IMG/VR virus record: IMGVR_UViG_3300002835_000024
Direction: 5' to 3' (one strand)
Length of the DNA: 64,000 nt
From: a virus
This document shows, piece after piece, positions 8,612 to 17,572 of this stretch. Position numbers and translations under genes: made by a program. Under the pieces are notes generated by a model that saw only the letters and a program-made list of their open reading frames with translations, did not search any database and was not told where the DNA came from. How positions within the stretch are numbered: the stretch's first letter is position 1; every line of letters begins with the position of its first letter.

Positions 8612-11095
8612 ATGGGAAGTTTTTACACAAACGTTTCTAGAAAGGGTAACGATCTTCTCGTGAGAGGATTCGACTCCAACGGAAATCGTTTCAACCGAAA
8701 GGTTAAATACCAGCCATATCTTTTCATACCCTCTCAAACAGAGGATAAATTCAAGACCATTGAAGGCAAATCTGTCTCCAAGATTGAATTTGATTCGATG
8801 TCTGAAGCCAGAGAATTCCTGAAGCAATATGAAGATGTTGCTGGTATGGAAATCTATGGCTTCACTGATTTTATCTACGCTTATATCAACGACAGATACA
8901 AGTCCCAGATATCCTATGATCCTTCTCTGATCAGAACAGTGTTTATCGACATCGAGGTTTCCTCTGCTGGAGGATTCCCAGACATTGCAACTGCAGACAA
9001 GCCGATTACAGCCATCACTATTTCTTGGCGTGGGCGCAAACATGTGTTTGGTCTGAGAGACTTCAAGCCCCACAAAGACAATGTGATATACTATCACTGC
9101 AAAGACGAAGAGACTCTGCTGGCGAAGTTCCTGACTTATTGGCAGGAAATATCGCCAGATTGTGTTACAGGCTGGAACGTAGAGTTCTTCGATATTCCGT
9201 ATATCATCAACAGAATCAAAGCGGTCTTTGATGACGCCCAAGCTGCCAGGCTTTCTCCCTGGTTTCTCTTGAGAGAATACGAAGTTGAGATCAGAGGTAA
9301 GATGAACAAGGCTTACACTCCTGTTGGCATCAACGTTCTCGATTACATTAACCTGTACAAGAAGTTTACCTACTCTCAGCAAGAGTCTTATACTCTCAAT
9401 CATATATCGTATGTCGAGCTTGGTGAGAAGAAGGTTGACTATTCTCAGTATGGTTCTCTTAATGATTTGTATGAGAAGAATCACCAGCTGTTCATTGAAT
9501 ATAACGTCAAAGACGTTGAGCTTGTTGAGCGCCTAGAAGACAAGATGAAACTGATTGAGCTTGTCTTTGCCATGGCTTATGATGCCAAGGTCAACTTCGA
9601 AGATACTCTTGGTTCAGTTAAGCAGTGGGATGTTATCATCCACAACTATCTGCTTTCTCAGAATATTGTTGTCCCACAATTCAAGAAAAAGCCAAACTCT
9701 GAAATCGTTGGTGGCTACGTCAAAGAGCCTGTCATCGGAATGAGCAAGTGGGTCGTCTCAATGGACTTCAAGAGTCTGTATCCCCACCTGATCATGACCT
9801 ATAACATCTCGCCAGAAACTCTAGCTGGCAAAGTTGACAGATTCTATTCTGTTGACGAACTCTTACAGAAGCAGTTCGAGCACGATGGCCAATACAGTTA
9901 CTGCGCCAACGGAACCTATTACTCTAAAGATAAGCAGGGGTTCCTTCCTTATCTTATGCAGAAGATGTATAATGATCGCGCTGAAGCCCAGAAGCAGCTT
10001 AAGCAAATCAAGAAGCAATATAACGATACAAAAGATGAGAGTTTGCTGAAGCAAATATCCGCTCTCAACAACAAGCAGATGGCCAAGAAGATTCAGCTGA
10101 ACTCAGCTTACGGTGCTCTTGCCAATATGTATTTCCGTTGGTTCAATGCTGATATTGCCGAGGCTATCACCCTTTCTGGTCAGCTTGCCATTCGTTGGGT
10201 TGAGACGAACGTCAACAGATATCTCAATGGTATGTTCAAGACCAAAAAAGATTATGTCATTGCGGTTGATACCGATTCAAACTATATCACCCTCGAGAAA
10301 TTGGTTGAGCAATATCAATCTTTCTCCAAAACCGATGATGTGAAAAAGATCGTTGATGTGATTGATAAATTCGTTGAGAGTAAGCTGAAGCCTTTCATTG
10401 ATTCAGCTTGCCAAGATCTCCACGAATATATGAATTCTTATGAGCAAAAGCTTGTTATGAACCGAGAGGCTATCGCAGATAAAGGTATCTGGAAAGCCAA
10501 GAAGATGTATATCCTGAACGTTCTTGATCAAGAAGGCGTTCGTTACGATTCCCCCAAGCTAAAGATGATGGGCATCGAGGCGATCAAATCCTCAACTCCA
10601 ACTTCCTGTAGACAGAATCTCAAGAAGGCATTTGAGATTGTCATGAATCAAACAGAGGGCCAACTCCAGCAATTCGTTGCTGACTTCAAGAGTCAGTTTT
10701 CTAGTTTGCCGTTTGAAGAGGTTGCGTTCCCTCGAGGTGTCAAGGATATCGAAAAGTGGGAAGGCAAGAACGGAAACTATCTTTCAGGAACACCAATCCA
10801 CGTCAAAGCCTCTATGGCGTTCAATGCTATTGTTGATGATCTTGGTCTTCAGAATAAATATGAGAAGATCGTCTCTGGTTCCAAGATCAAATTCTGTTAT
10901 ATGAGAACTCCCAATCGCTACAACATACAGGTATTGGGGTGTCCATCAACAATGCCAGACGAATTCAAGATGCAGAAACACATAAACTATGACATGCAAT
11001 TTGATAAGGGCTTCATTGAACCGCTACGCAGTATCACCGAAACCATTGGCTGGAATATCGAGAAGCTCTCAACCCTCGAAGATTTTTGGAATTAA
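8612..11095 (+). CDS. 43: Family B DNA polymerase (T4 gp43-like)
   Basis: DIEV exonuclease motif, DFKSLYP, KIQLNSAYG, DTDS. Confidence 0.98.
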   Translation: MGSFYTNVSRKGNDLLVRGFDSNGNRFNRKVKYQPYLFIPSQTEDKFKTIEGKSVSKIEFDSMSEAREFLKQYEDVAGMEIYGFTDFIYAYINDRYKSQISYDPSLIRTVFIDIEVSSAGGFPDIATADKPITAITISWRGRKHVFGLRDFKPHKDNVIYYHCKDEETLLAKFLTYWQEISPDCVTGWNVEFFDIPYIINRIKAVFDDAQAARLSPWFLLREYEVEIRGKMNKAYTPVGINVLDYINLYKKFTYSQQESYTLNHISYVELGEKKVDYSQYGSLNDLYEKNHQLFIEYNVKDVELVERLEDKMKLIELVFAMAYDAKVNFEDTLGSVKQWDVIIHNYLLSQNIVVPQFKKKPNSEIVGGYVKEPVIGMSKWVVSMDFKSLYPHLIMTYNISPETLAGKVDRFYSVDELLQKQFEHDGQYSYCANGTYYSKDKQGFLPYLMQKMYNDRAEAQKQLKQIKKQYNDTKDESLLKQISALNNKQMAKKIQLNSAYGALANMYFRWFNADIAEAITLSGQLAIRWVETNVNRYLNGMFKTKKDYVIAVDTDSNYITLEKLVEQYQSFSKTDDVKKIVDVIDKFVESKLKPFIDSACQDLHEYMNSYEQKLVMNREAIADKGIWKAKKMYILNVLDQEGVRYDSPKLKMMGIEAIKSSTPTSCRQNLKKAFEIVMNQTEGQLQQFVADFKSQFSSLPFEEVAFPRGVKDIEKWEGKNGNYLSGTPIHVKASMAFNAIVDDLGLQNKYEKIVSGSKIKFCYMRTPNRYNIQVLGCPSTMPDEFKMQKHINYDMQFDKGFIEPLRSITETIGWNIEKLSTLEDFWN

Positions 11096-11186
11096 AAATG
11101 AAAGATCCTATTGAAAGAGAACTGGGAGTTGTGGTTTTCATGACGGCCTTGATTTTGGTGGTAATAATAATTGCGGAGATTATTCT

Positions 11187-11510
11187 ATGAAAGAAAGAGA
11201 AGAAATATTTTTTGATTTTGGCTTTACTACACAAGACGAAAATGATATAATAGCCAATAGTGATCTACACTATGATGTGGAGACGACTCGAGACAGAGTT
11301 GTTCAACTAGAAACATTGTTGAAAACAATGAACAAAAAAGTCCATACCATTTATGATAGAATATCGCCTTTGTTGAATAATCTTTTAAAAGATGCAGATG
11401 AGAAACCAATTATCAATTGGCCAAACAGAAAAGAAAAGATTACAGAATTTCAAAAGATACTGAAGAAAATTGTCGATGAAGCTGACCAGATTATTAAAGG
11501 AGAGAGTTGA
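11187..11510 (+). CDS. Conserved hypothetical T4-like protein
   Basis: FDFGFT...PLLNNL...I.WPNR motif. Confidence 0.7.
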   Translation: MKEREEIFFDFGFTTQDENDIIANSDLHYDVETTRDRVVQLETLLKTMNKKVHTIYDRISPLLNNLLKDADEKPIINWPNRKEKITEFQKILKKIVDEADQIIKGES

Positions 11511-12580
11511 TGGCCAAGAAGAATGATTTTTTGAGGGACTTCATTTCCGAACTAGGAGATGAGAATACTTCTATTGCAGCCGATGGAGTTTCGGCGGGAG
11601 AGTTTGCTGGATTTGTTGATACGGGTTGTTATGCACTGAACGCTGTGCTTTCTGGTTCAATCTATGGTGGAATCGCTGATAATAAAGTGACAGGGTTCGC
11701 TGGCGAAAGCTCAACTGGCAAAACCTTTTTCGTTCTTGGCATTGTCAAGAATTTCCTTGATGCGAATGAAGATGGATTCGTTGTTTATTATGATACAGAA
11801 GCAGCTGTCACTAAGGATATGATGGAGAGCAGAGGTATTGACACTTCTCGTGTTGTTATCTCAGAACAAGAAACTATCCAGAAATTCAGGCATCATGCTA
11901 TCAAGATCATTGACAGTTATGTTGCCAAACCAGAAGCAAAACGCCCGAAGATGATGATGGTTCTTGATTCTCTTGGTATGCTTTCAACTACGAAAGAGTT
12001 GGAAGATTCTACTGAAGGAAAAGAAACTCGTGATATGACCAAAGCCCAAGTCATTAAAGCTGCATTCAGGGTTCTAACTTTGAAGCTGGCAAGAGCGAAG
12101 ATTCCTCTGATTATTACCAACCATGTTTATGCGGCTGTTGGTGCATATGTTCCAACAAATGAAATCTCTGGTGGGTCTGGTTTCAAGTTTGCTGCAACTA
12201 CCATTGCAATGCTTTCGAAGAAAAAAGAAAGAGAAGGTACTGATGTTGTTGGTAATATTGTTACCGTCAAGATGTATAAGTCTCGCCTGTCGAAAGAAAA
12301 TCAAATGGTCCACGTCAGGCTTTCTTATGCAACAGGACTTGATAGATATTATGGACTAGCAGAAATTGCCGAAGAAGCTGGTGTGTTTGAAAAGGTTGGC
12401 AACAAACTGAAGATGCCAGACGGCAAAACTATTTTTGAAAAAGCGCTTAATCGCGAGCCTGAAAAGTATTATACTCAAGAAGTGCTTGATGCCATCGAGA
12501 AGCAAGTGAAACAAAAATTTGCTTACGGAGTTAACAGCCTTGACGATGAGCTAGAGGAAGTTTATGAAGAGGAAGAATAG
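11507..12580 (+). CDS. uvsX: UvsX RecA-like recombinase
   Basis: GESSTGKT Walker A, LDSLGML, DMTKAQ; follows gp43. Confidence 0.96.
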   Translation: MMAKKNDFLRDFISELGDENTSIAADGVSAGEFAGFVDTGCYALNAVLSGSIYGGIADNKVTGFAGESSTGKTFFVLGIVKNFLDANEDGFVVYYDTEAAVTKDMMESRGIDTSRVVISEQETIQKFRHHAIKIIDSYVAKPEAKRPKMMMVLDSLGMLSTTKELEDSTEGKETRDMTKAQVIKAAFRVLTLKLARAKIPLIITNHVYAAVGAYVPTNEISGGSGFKFAATTIAMLSKKKEREGTDVVGNIVTVKMYKSRLSKENQMVHVRLSYATGLDRYYGLAEIAEEAGVFEKVGNKLKMPDGKTIFEKALNREPEKYYTQEVLDAIEKQVKQKFAYGVNSLDDELEEVYEEEE

Positions 12581-12853
12581 GTGAGCAGTAATAATTGTGT
12601 TGTCTTTTATTGGTATGAGAAAGAAGGACAGCGTTTCTATCGGTGTAGGGGTTACGGAGCAAAATACGATAAGTTCTATAGGGAGTGGATCAACTCATCC
12701 TCGTACAGATGTACTTATGAGAATTTTCCGTGGGACTTTTTCGTTTTTGACAATCCTATAGACTGGGCACGATTGGAACGGGACTTTCCAGGTGACGTTT
12801 ATGAGGACAATAGAGAGGATGAGCTAGAGGAAGTTTATGAAGAGGAAGAATAG
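12545..12853 (+). repeat. 36-bp direct repeat at 12545-12580 and 12818-12853
   Basis: GATGAGCTAGAGGAAGTTTATGAAGAGGAAGAATAG is present twice. Confidence 0.95.
12581..12853 (+). CDS. Hypothetical protein inserted between uvsX and gp41
   Basis: GTG start directly after the repeat; ends in the duplicated DELEEVYEEEE. Confidence 0.6.
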   Translation: MSSNNCVVFYWYEKEGQRFYRCRGYGAKYDKFYREWINSSSYRCTYENFPWDFFVFDNPIDWARLERDFPGDVYEDNREDELEEVYEEEE

Positions 12854-14281
12854 ATGACATCAGAGAGAGTTGAAGACGCCATATTTTCGAATCTCTTGCA
12901 TAATGAGAATTATGCCAGAAAAGTTATTCCTTTTATCAAAGAAAGTTATTTCCAGGATGTAACAGACAGGACGCTCTTCAATCTTATCGACACCTTTGTT
13001 GCCAAGTATAATAAATTCCCAACCAAAGAATCTCTTCTAGTTGATCTACAGGCAATCAACAATCTTCAAGAATCCACATTCAAAGATCTCAAGAAATATA
13101 TCTCCGATATCTCTGAAAAGAAATTTGAGGACCAGTGGCTTGTTGATAAAACTGAAGAGTTCTGCAAAGACAAAGCGTTGTATAATGCTTTGATGGACGC
13201 CATCAAGATTGTCGATGATGGCAAAAACAAGGGCAATCTATCAGTAGGATCTATCCCTAAGATTCTATCTGATGCTCTTGGTGTTTCTTTTGACACGAGT
13301 ATCGGCCATGACTTTCTTGACAATGCCGATCAACGATATGACTTCTATCATTTGGTTGAGAACAAAGTCAAGTTCGATCTTGATTACTTCAACAAGATCA
13401 CAAAGGGTGGCATTGCCAACAAAACTCTGAACATCATCATGGCTTCCACTGGTGTTGGTAAAAGTTTGTTCATGTGTCACTGTGCGGCCAACAATCTCTC
13501 GGAGGGATTGAACGTTCTTTATATCACTCTGGAAATGGCCGAGGAAAGAATCGCCGAAAGGATAGACGCCAATCTTCTTGATATGACTATTGACGAGCTC
13601 AAACAACTTCCTAAAGATTCTTATCTGAAAAAGATCAATAGGGTGAAGAAAAAGACTGATGGTAAATTGATCATCAAAGAATATCCGACAGCTTCAGTCG
13701 GATCTGCCAACTTCAGGCATCTGTTGAATGAGCTAAGTCTGAAGAAAGACTTCAAACCTGATATCATATATATAGATTACCTAAACATATGTTGCAGTTC
13801 TCGTTTTAAAAATATGGCTGGCGTTAATTCTTACACTCTGGTCAAATCTATTGCTGAAGAATTGAGAGGACTGGCTATTGAGTTTGATGTGCCTATTATT
13901 TCGGCGACCCAAACGAATAGATCAGGTTATGATAACAGCGATGTGGATTTAAGTAACACTTCTGAATCGTTTGGTCTGCCAGCAACTTGTGACTTTATGT
14001 TTGCTCTGATATCTAATGAACAACTGGAATCTCTAAATCAAATTATGGTGAAACAACTTAAGAATCGCTATAATGATCTAAACTATTACAAGAAGTTTGT
14101 GATTGGTGTTGATAGGTCGAAGATGAGATTGTATGATGTCGAGGAAAGCGCCCAAAGCGATATAGTTGACAACAGTTCTAAGAAGGAGGAAGACAGGCCA
14201 GTTATGGATAATACCGTTTTCGGAAGTCGTATGAATGATGATGCAGATTATAGGAAGCAGAAGATGAGGGAATTCTTTTGA
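12854..14281 (+). CDS. 41: Replicative DNA helicase (T4 gp41-like)
   Basis: ASTGVGKS, TLEMAEE, IDYLNIC, SATQTNRSG, SESFGLPAT. Confidence 0.97.
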   Translation: MTSERVEDAIFSNLLHNENYARKVIPFIKESYFQDVTDRTLFNLIDTFVAKYNKFPTKESLLVDLQAINNLQESTFKDLKKYISDISEKKFEDQWLVDKTEEFCKDKALYNALMDAIKIVDDGKNKGNLSVGSIPKILSDALGVSFDTSIGHDFLDNADQRYDFYHLVENKVKFDLDYFNKITKGGIANKTLNIIMASTGVGKSLFMCHCAANNLSEGLNVLYITLEMAEERIAERIDANLLDMTIDELKQLPKDSYLKKINRVKKKTDGKLIIKEYPTASVGSANFRHLLNELSLKKDFKPDIIYIDYLNICCSSRFKNMAGVNSYTLVKSIAEELRGLAIEFDVPIISATQTNRSGYDNSDVDLSNTSESFGLPATCDFMFALISNEQLESLNQIMVKQLKNRYNDLNYYKKFVIGVDRSKMRLYDVEESAQSDIVDNSSKKEEDRPVMDNTVFGSRMNDDADYRKQKMREFF

Positions 14282-14493
14282 GAAAAGAGTTGATTGAAAA
14301 AATAAAGCGCATGACTGGTGCTCTTGACCCAGTGCCTGAAGAAGCAATTCAAATTGGCTTTGGCGATCACGTTCCTGATTTTATCTCAGAGTCATTAATG
14401 AGATTTAATGAATTCTCGCAGAAAATGAAGCCACAAAAGAATAAATAGTATCCGAGCACTTCGCTCAAATCACACACACAAAAGGAGACTAAC

Positions 14494-14826
14494 ATGAACA
14501 AAAGTGGATATATGCAAACTAATCTTCCCGAATTTAAGGTCAATGCCTCTAAAAACGGATATGAGATTCGTACTGAGATTCTCAATATGGCCCTCGGTTT
14601 CGTTCAAAACGAATTCAGTTCTAAATTCACTGGATGGGAACTGTCTTGCAAACGCGATGAAAAGACCAACCAACTTGTGACAACAGTTGGTATGCCAAGT
14701 TTTCCAGGATTAGATGTTGTGCTTGATACAGCCGAAAGGATGTACTCTTTCGTCAGCACTAATACTCCTCCCACACCAAAGGTGGAAAAAACTGAGAAGC
14801 GTTCTAGCAAACACTCTGACGAGTAA
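14494..14826 (+). CDS. Conserved hypothetical phage protein
   Basis: KNGYEIRTEIL motif; AAGGAG RBS. Confidence 0.75.
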   Translation: MNKSGYMQTNLPEFKVNASKNGYEIRTEILNMALGFVQNEFSSKFTGWELSCKRDEKTNQLVTTVGMPSFPGLDVVLDTAERMYSFVSTNTPPTPKVEKTEKRSSKHSDE

Positions 14827-14880
14827 ACATTAAAAAGATTTAATGTTGATAAGGCATAATCTATTATAAATAGAAGCTCT

Positions 14881-14996
14881 AAGAATGTGGAGAAACCAAG
14901 AGAGTTCTTCGGTTTCAGCATGGCAAGTGGTCTTTGTATAGAAGATGAACGGAACAGACGGGGCAAAAGGTGGGGTTCCTCCCGTTACACATTCTT
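14881..14996 (+). ncRNA. Candidate structured ncRNA from a late promoter
   Basis: Terminal helix AAGAATGTG/CACATTCTT, internal helices, TATAAATA at 14865, hairpin at 15010-15033. Confidence 0.55.
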
Positions 14997-15009
14997 CAAC
15001 TCGAACAAG

Positions 15010-15033
15010 TAAGGCGACCTTCGGGTCGCCTTA
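15010..15033 (+). terminator. Strong UUCG hairpin (terminator or processing signal)
   Basis: TAAGGCGACC-TTCG-GGTCGCCTTA; no clear U-tract. Confidence 0.55.
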
Positions 15034-15056
15034 TCCACAAGTAGAATCGCTGCGAA

Positions 15057-15103
15057 GACTTATATATAAGTCCTAACCTCTCGATAAGACTTATATATAA
15101 GTC
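15057..15103. repeat. Two copies of the perfect palindrome GACTTATATATAAGTC
   Basis: 15057-15072 and 15088-15103, 31 bp apart. Confidence 0.9.
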
Positions 15104-15136
15104 TACATTAAATTTTGTTAATGTTTATAGAAAGAG

Positions 15137-15165
15137 TTGACTTTGATGCTTTCTCATAATAGAAT
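15137..15165 (+). promoter_or_regulatory. Sigma70-type early/middle promoter
   Basis: TTGACT-N17-TAGAAT, preceded by ACATTA-N8-TAATGT. Confidence 0.7.
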
Positions 15166-15188
15166 AAAGCGTTATAGGAGATATTGAA

Positions 15189-15380
15189 ATGAAATTTAAA
15201 GTTGGCGATAAAGTCTACAAATATACTGGAGACTATCAGCTTGCTGGAGAAATCCGAGCAGCGTTCACAACTTCTGCAGGCAAAGAACGATACGTAGTTG
15301 AACACTATGGTGGAATGTTACATATCTATAGCGAGAAAAACTTGATGTTTTTCACGGAAGAGTCGTCGTCTATCGGTTAG
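15189..15380 (+). CDS. Small SH3-like hypothetical protein
   Basis: KFKVGDKV start, AGGAG RBS. Confidence 0.7.
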   Translation: MKFKVGDKVYKYTGDYQLAGEIRAAFTTSAGKERYVVEHYGGMLHIYSEKNLMFFTEESSSIG

Positions 15381-15407
15381 AACGTTTCGATTCCTACAGG
15401 GGTTGCC

Positions 15408-16238
15408 ATGGAGAATATAATGAAAATCGCATATATGAGCGATCTGCATCTTGAGTTTGGAAACAACTTTCTTCCAAAAAACAAAGAGAAAGCAGACCTT
15501 CTTGTTCTTGCTGGAGACATCATCCTTGCTTATGATCTGGTTGACCAGAATCCTAAGAGAAAGAAGCTCTATGATAAATTCTTTGATCGTGTAAGCAAAG
15601 AATACCCCCATGTTCTTATAATTGGCGGGAATCACGAGCTCTATCGCTGGAGAGAAAAAGAACTTGTGAATCATGGAAGCTATATCGATGTGATCAAAGA
15701 CTATCTTTCCAAATATAACAATATTCGGTTTCTGGAAAACGAATATGTGGAGTTTGGCGACACTCGATTCTTCGGTGCCACTCTGTGGACTGATTTTGGT
15801 AACGCGAATCCCCTTGTGATGCAGCAAGCTAGAGGTCAAATGAACGACTATAGGTGGCTGTATTCTCCAGAGAACACCCTTGTGTGGCATCGCGAGAGCA
15901 TGCACACGCTCGAGAAAGCTCTGGACCACAAGAAGGTCGTTGTTATCAGTCATACAGCACCCAGTTATCTGAGCGTGCACGAAAGATTCAAAGGCGATCC
16001 CATGAATGCAGCTTACGCCACTGAATTGTTCGAATTCATCTCAGATAGACCCCAGATCAAACTGTGGTTTCATGGTCATATGCATCATAACAATGATTAT
16101 ATGATCGGCTCGACTCGCATTCTGTGCAATCCCTTTGGGTACCACGGACTCGAAAAGAATCGCGGCTTCAAACCAGAAGCTACGGTTGATCTTGATAGTG
16201 ATTGGTCTGCGTTTGTTCCGGAAGTCGTGGAGAACTGA
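15408..16238 (+). CDS. Metallophosphoesterase
   Basis: SDLHLE, LAGDI, GNHE, HGHMH. Confidence 0.92.
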   Translation: MENIMKIAYMSDLHLEFGNNFLPKNKEKADLLVLAGDIILAYDLVDQNPKRKKLYDKFFDRVSKEYPHVLIIGGNHELYRWREKELVNHGSYIDVIKDYLSKYNNIRFLENEYVEFGDTRFFGATLWTDFGNANPLVMQQARGQMNDYRWLYSPENTLVWHRESMHTLEKALDHKKVVVISHTAPSYLSVHERFKGDPMNAAYATELFEFISDRPQIKLWFHGHMHHNNDYMIGSTRILCNPFGYHGLEKNRGFKPEATVDLDSDWSAFVPEVVEN

Positions 16239-16241
16239 GAT

Positions 16242-16496
16242 ATGGAAAATCTTCTGCTAAACATAAACGAGTACAACTACCCATATAAATTTTATCATCA
16301 ATCAGAAATGGTGGGTCCTGTTAATCCAGACTATATCCCCAAAGAAAGGATAAGCGTGGAACTGCCTTTCAATTTACAATACAACGATTACACAGAGATG
16401 AAAATGCAGACAAACATCATTGTTCAGTTTATCAACGATTTTCCTCTTGATATCAAAAAGGGTCTTATCGTCATTCGCCTGAAGTGGGATATTTGA
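16242..16496 (+). CDS. Hypothetical protein
   Basis: ORF in operon. Confidence 0.55.
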   Translation: MENLLLNINEYNYPYKFYHQSEMVGPVNPDYIPKERISVELPFNLQYNDYTEMKMQTNIIVQFINDFPLDIKKGLIVIRLKWDI

Positions 16497-16558
16497 CGTT
16501 TTTAGGCGTGTTTTGGCATTTATTAATGAAAATTAACGAAAAAGTTTGGGGTTAACGG

Positions 16559-16746
16559 AAAAAACCTAATAAAATCAGTCAAACATTACCAATATTTAAT
16601 GTTGAGGGGGATTTACTTCCTCTTCCATTGGGGTAGAATGGTCCTGTTCTGGGAAGGCTCTGTGACTATCGAGGCCGATCCTACCTGACTATCGGTTTGA
16701 TCACTGTCCGCAGATACCGCTGTTTGACATCGTGGAAAGATTGACG
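16559..16746 (+). promoter_or_regulatory. Early promoter/leader module, copy 1
   Basis: AAAAAACCTAATAAAATCAGTC, AACATTA-N8-TAATGTT, TTTACT-N16-TAGAAT, GTGACTATCGAG, CTGTTTGACATCGT; near-duplicated at 19562-19729. Confidence 0.8.
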
Positions 16747-16875
16747 GGCCACCGATCTAGGTGTCCCATGGGGCTCGCTGGGCTTAAACCCAGCGATGCC
16801 ATGTTTGTTGCGAAAGTCAGCTTAGTGCGCTGACGCCCCAAAACACGACTTTGTTGCATTTTTAAGCGCCTGGTT

Positions 16876-16907
16876 GGGCTTGTAGCTCAATTGGTTAGAG
16901 CCGACTG
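16876..16907 (+). pseudogene. Orphan tRNA 5' half
   Basis: GGGCTTG-TA-GCTC-AATTGGTTA-GAGC-C-GACTG stops at the anticodon loop; no matching 3' half seen. Confidence 0.75.
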
Positions 16908-16953
16908 TAAATTTTGTTATTTTATAAATAAGTCATAGGTTTGGAGAAATTCT

Positions 16954-17457
16954 ATGTATACTGTTTATAAGATAACAAATTTGGTCAACCAAAAATATTA
17001 CATCGGCGTCCACAAAACAGATAACCCATATGATTCTTATATGGGGTCTGGATATGCAGTAAAATCCGCCATCAAAAAACACGGCAGAAAGAATTTTATA
17101 AAGGAAATTCTTTTTACCACAGTTGATAAAGAAGAAGCTTACGCTTTCGAGAAAAAATTAACTGAAGATTATATGACAAGAGATTCATATAATATGAAAA
17201 TTGGTGGCGTTGGAGGGTTTTCTAGAGAGAACGCTTTAAAGGGGCATGCCGCTTCTCTAAAGAAATTAACAAAACAACAACGTTCTGATAATGGAAAACT
17301 TGGTTACGCTGCAATGCTTCCCAAAATCAATCTAAATGAGATTGGCAGAAGGGGAGGTCAGGCTAACAGAGGCAAACCAAAATCCGAAGCGCATAAAGAA
17401 AAACTTCGGCAAGTTTGGAGAGACAAAAAAATAAGGGCGAGTCGCCAAGAGGTCTAA
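16954..17457 (+). CDS. Seg-like GIY-YIG homing endonuclease
   Basis: VYKITNLVNQKYYIGVH, YMGSG, YN..GG.GG, NUMOD3-like KPKSEAHKEKL; own TATAAATA at 16923. Confidence 0.88.
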   Translation: MYTVYKITNLVNQKYYIGVHKTDNPYDSYMGSGYAVKSAIKKHGRKNFIKEILFTTVDKEEAYAFEKKLTEDYMTRDSYNMKIGGVGGFSRENALKGHAASLKKLTKQQRSDNGKLGYAAMLPKINLNEIGRRGGQANRGKPKSEAHKEKLRQVWRDKKIRASRQEV

Positions 17458-17511
17458 GGCCGCCACCTCATAAGTGGTTCATCGCAGGTTCAAATCCTGC
17501 CTCGCCTACCA
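17435..17511 (+). tRNA. tRNA with CAT anticodon (Met or Ile2)
   Basis: GGGCGAG/CTCGCCT, GCCAC-CTCATAA-GTGGT, GGTTCAAATCC, CCA; overlaps the endonuclease stop. Confidence 0.92.
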
Positions 17512-17572
17512 TTTTTTCAAGTCCAGCCGAGCCTACCAGACGCTTAAATGTGCAACAACGAAAGGAAAGCTA

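Noticed and set aside
8456-9484. 342-aa minus-strand ORF, and similar ones at 21060-22340 and 51871-52659
   Set aside because: Antisense to well-supported genes; no motifs or RBS.
16876-17511. Group I intron in a tRNA anticodon loop
   Set aside because: The downstream tRNA is complete by itself, its 3' strands do not match the orphan 5' half well, and there is little room or evidence for a ribozyme core.
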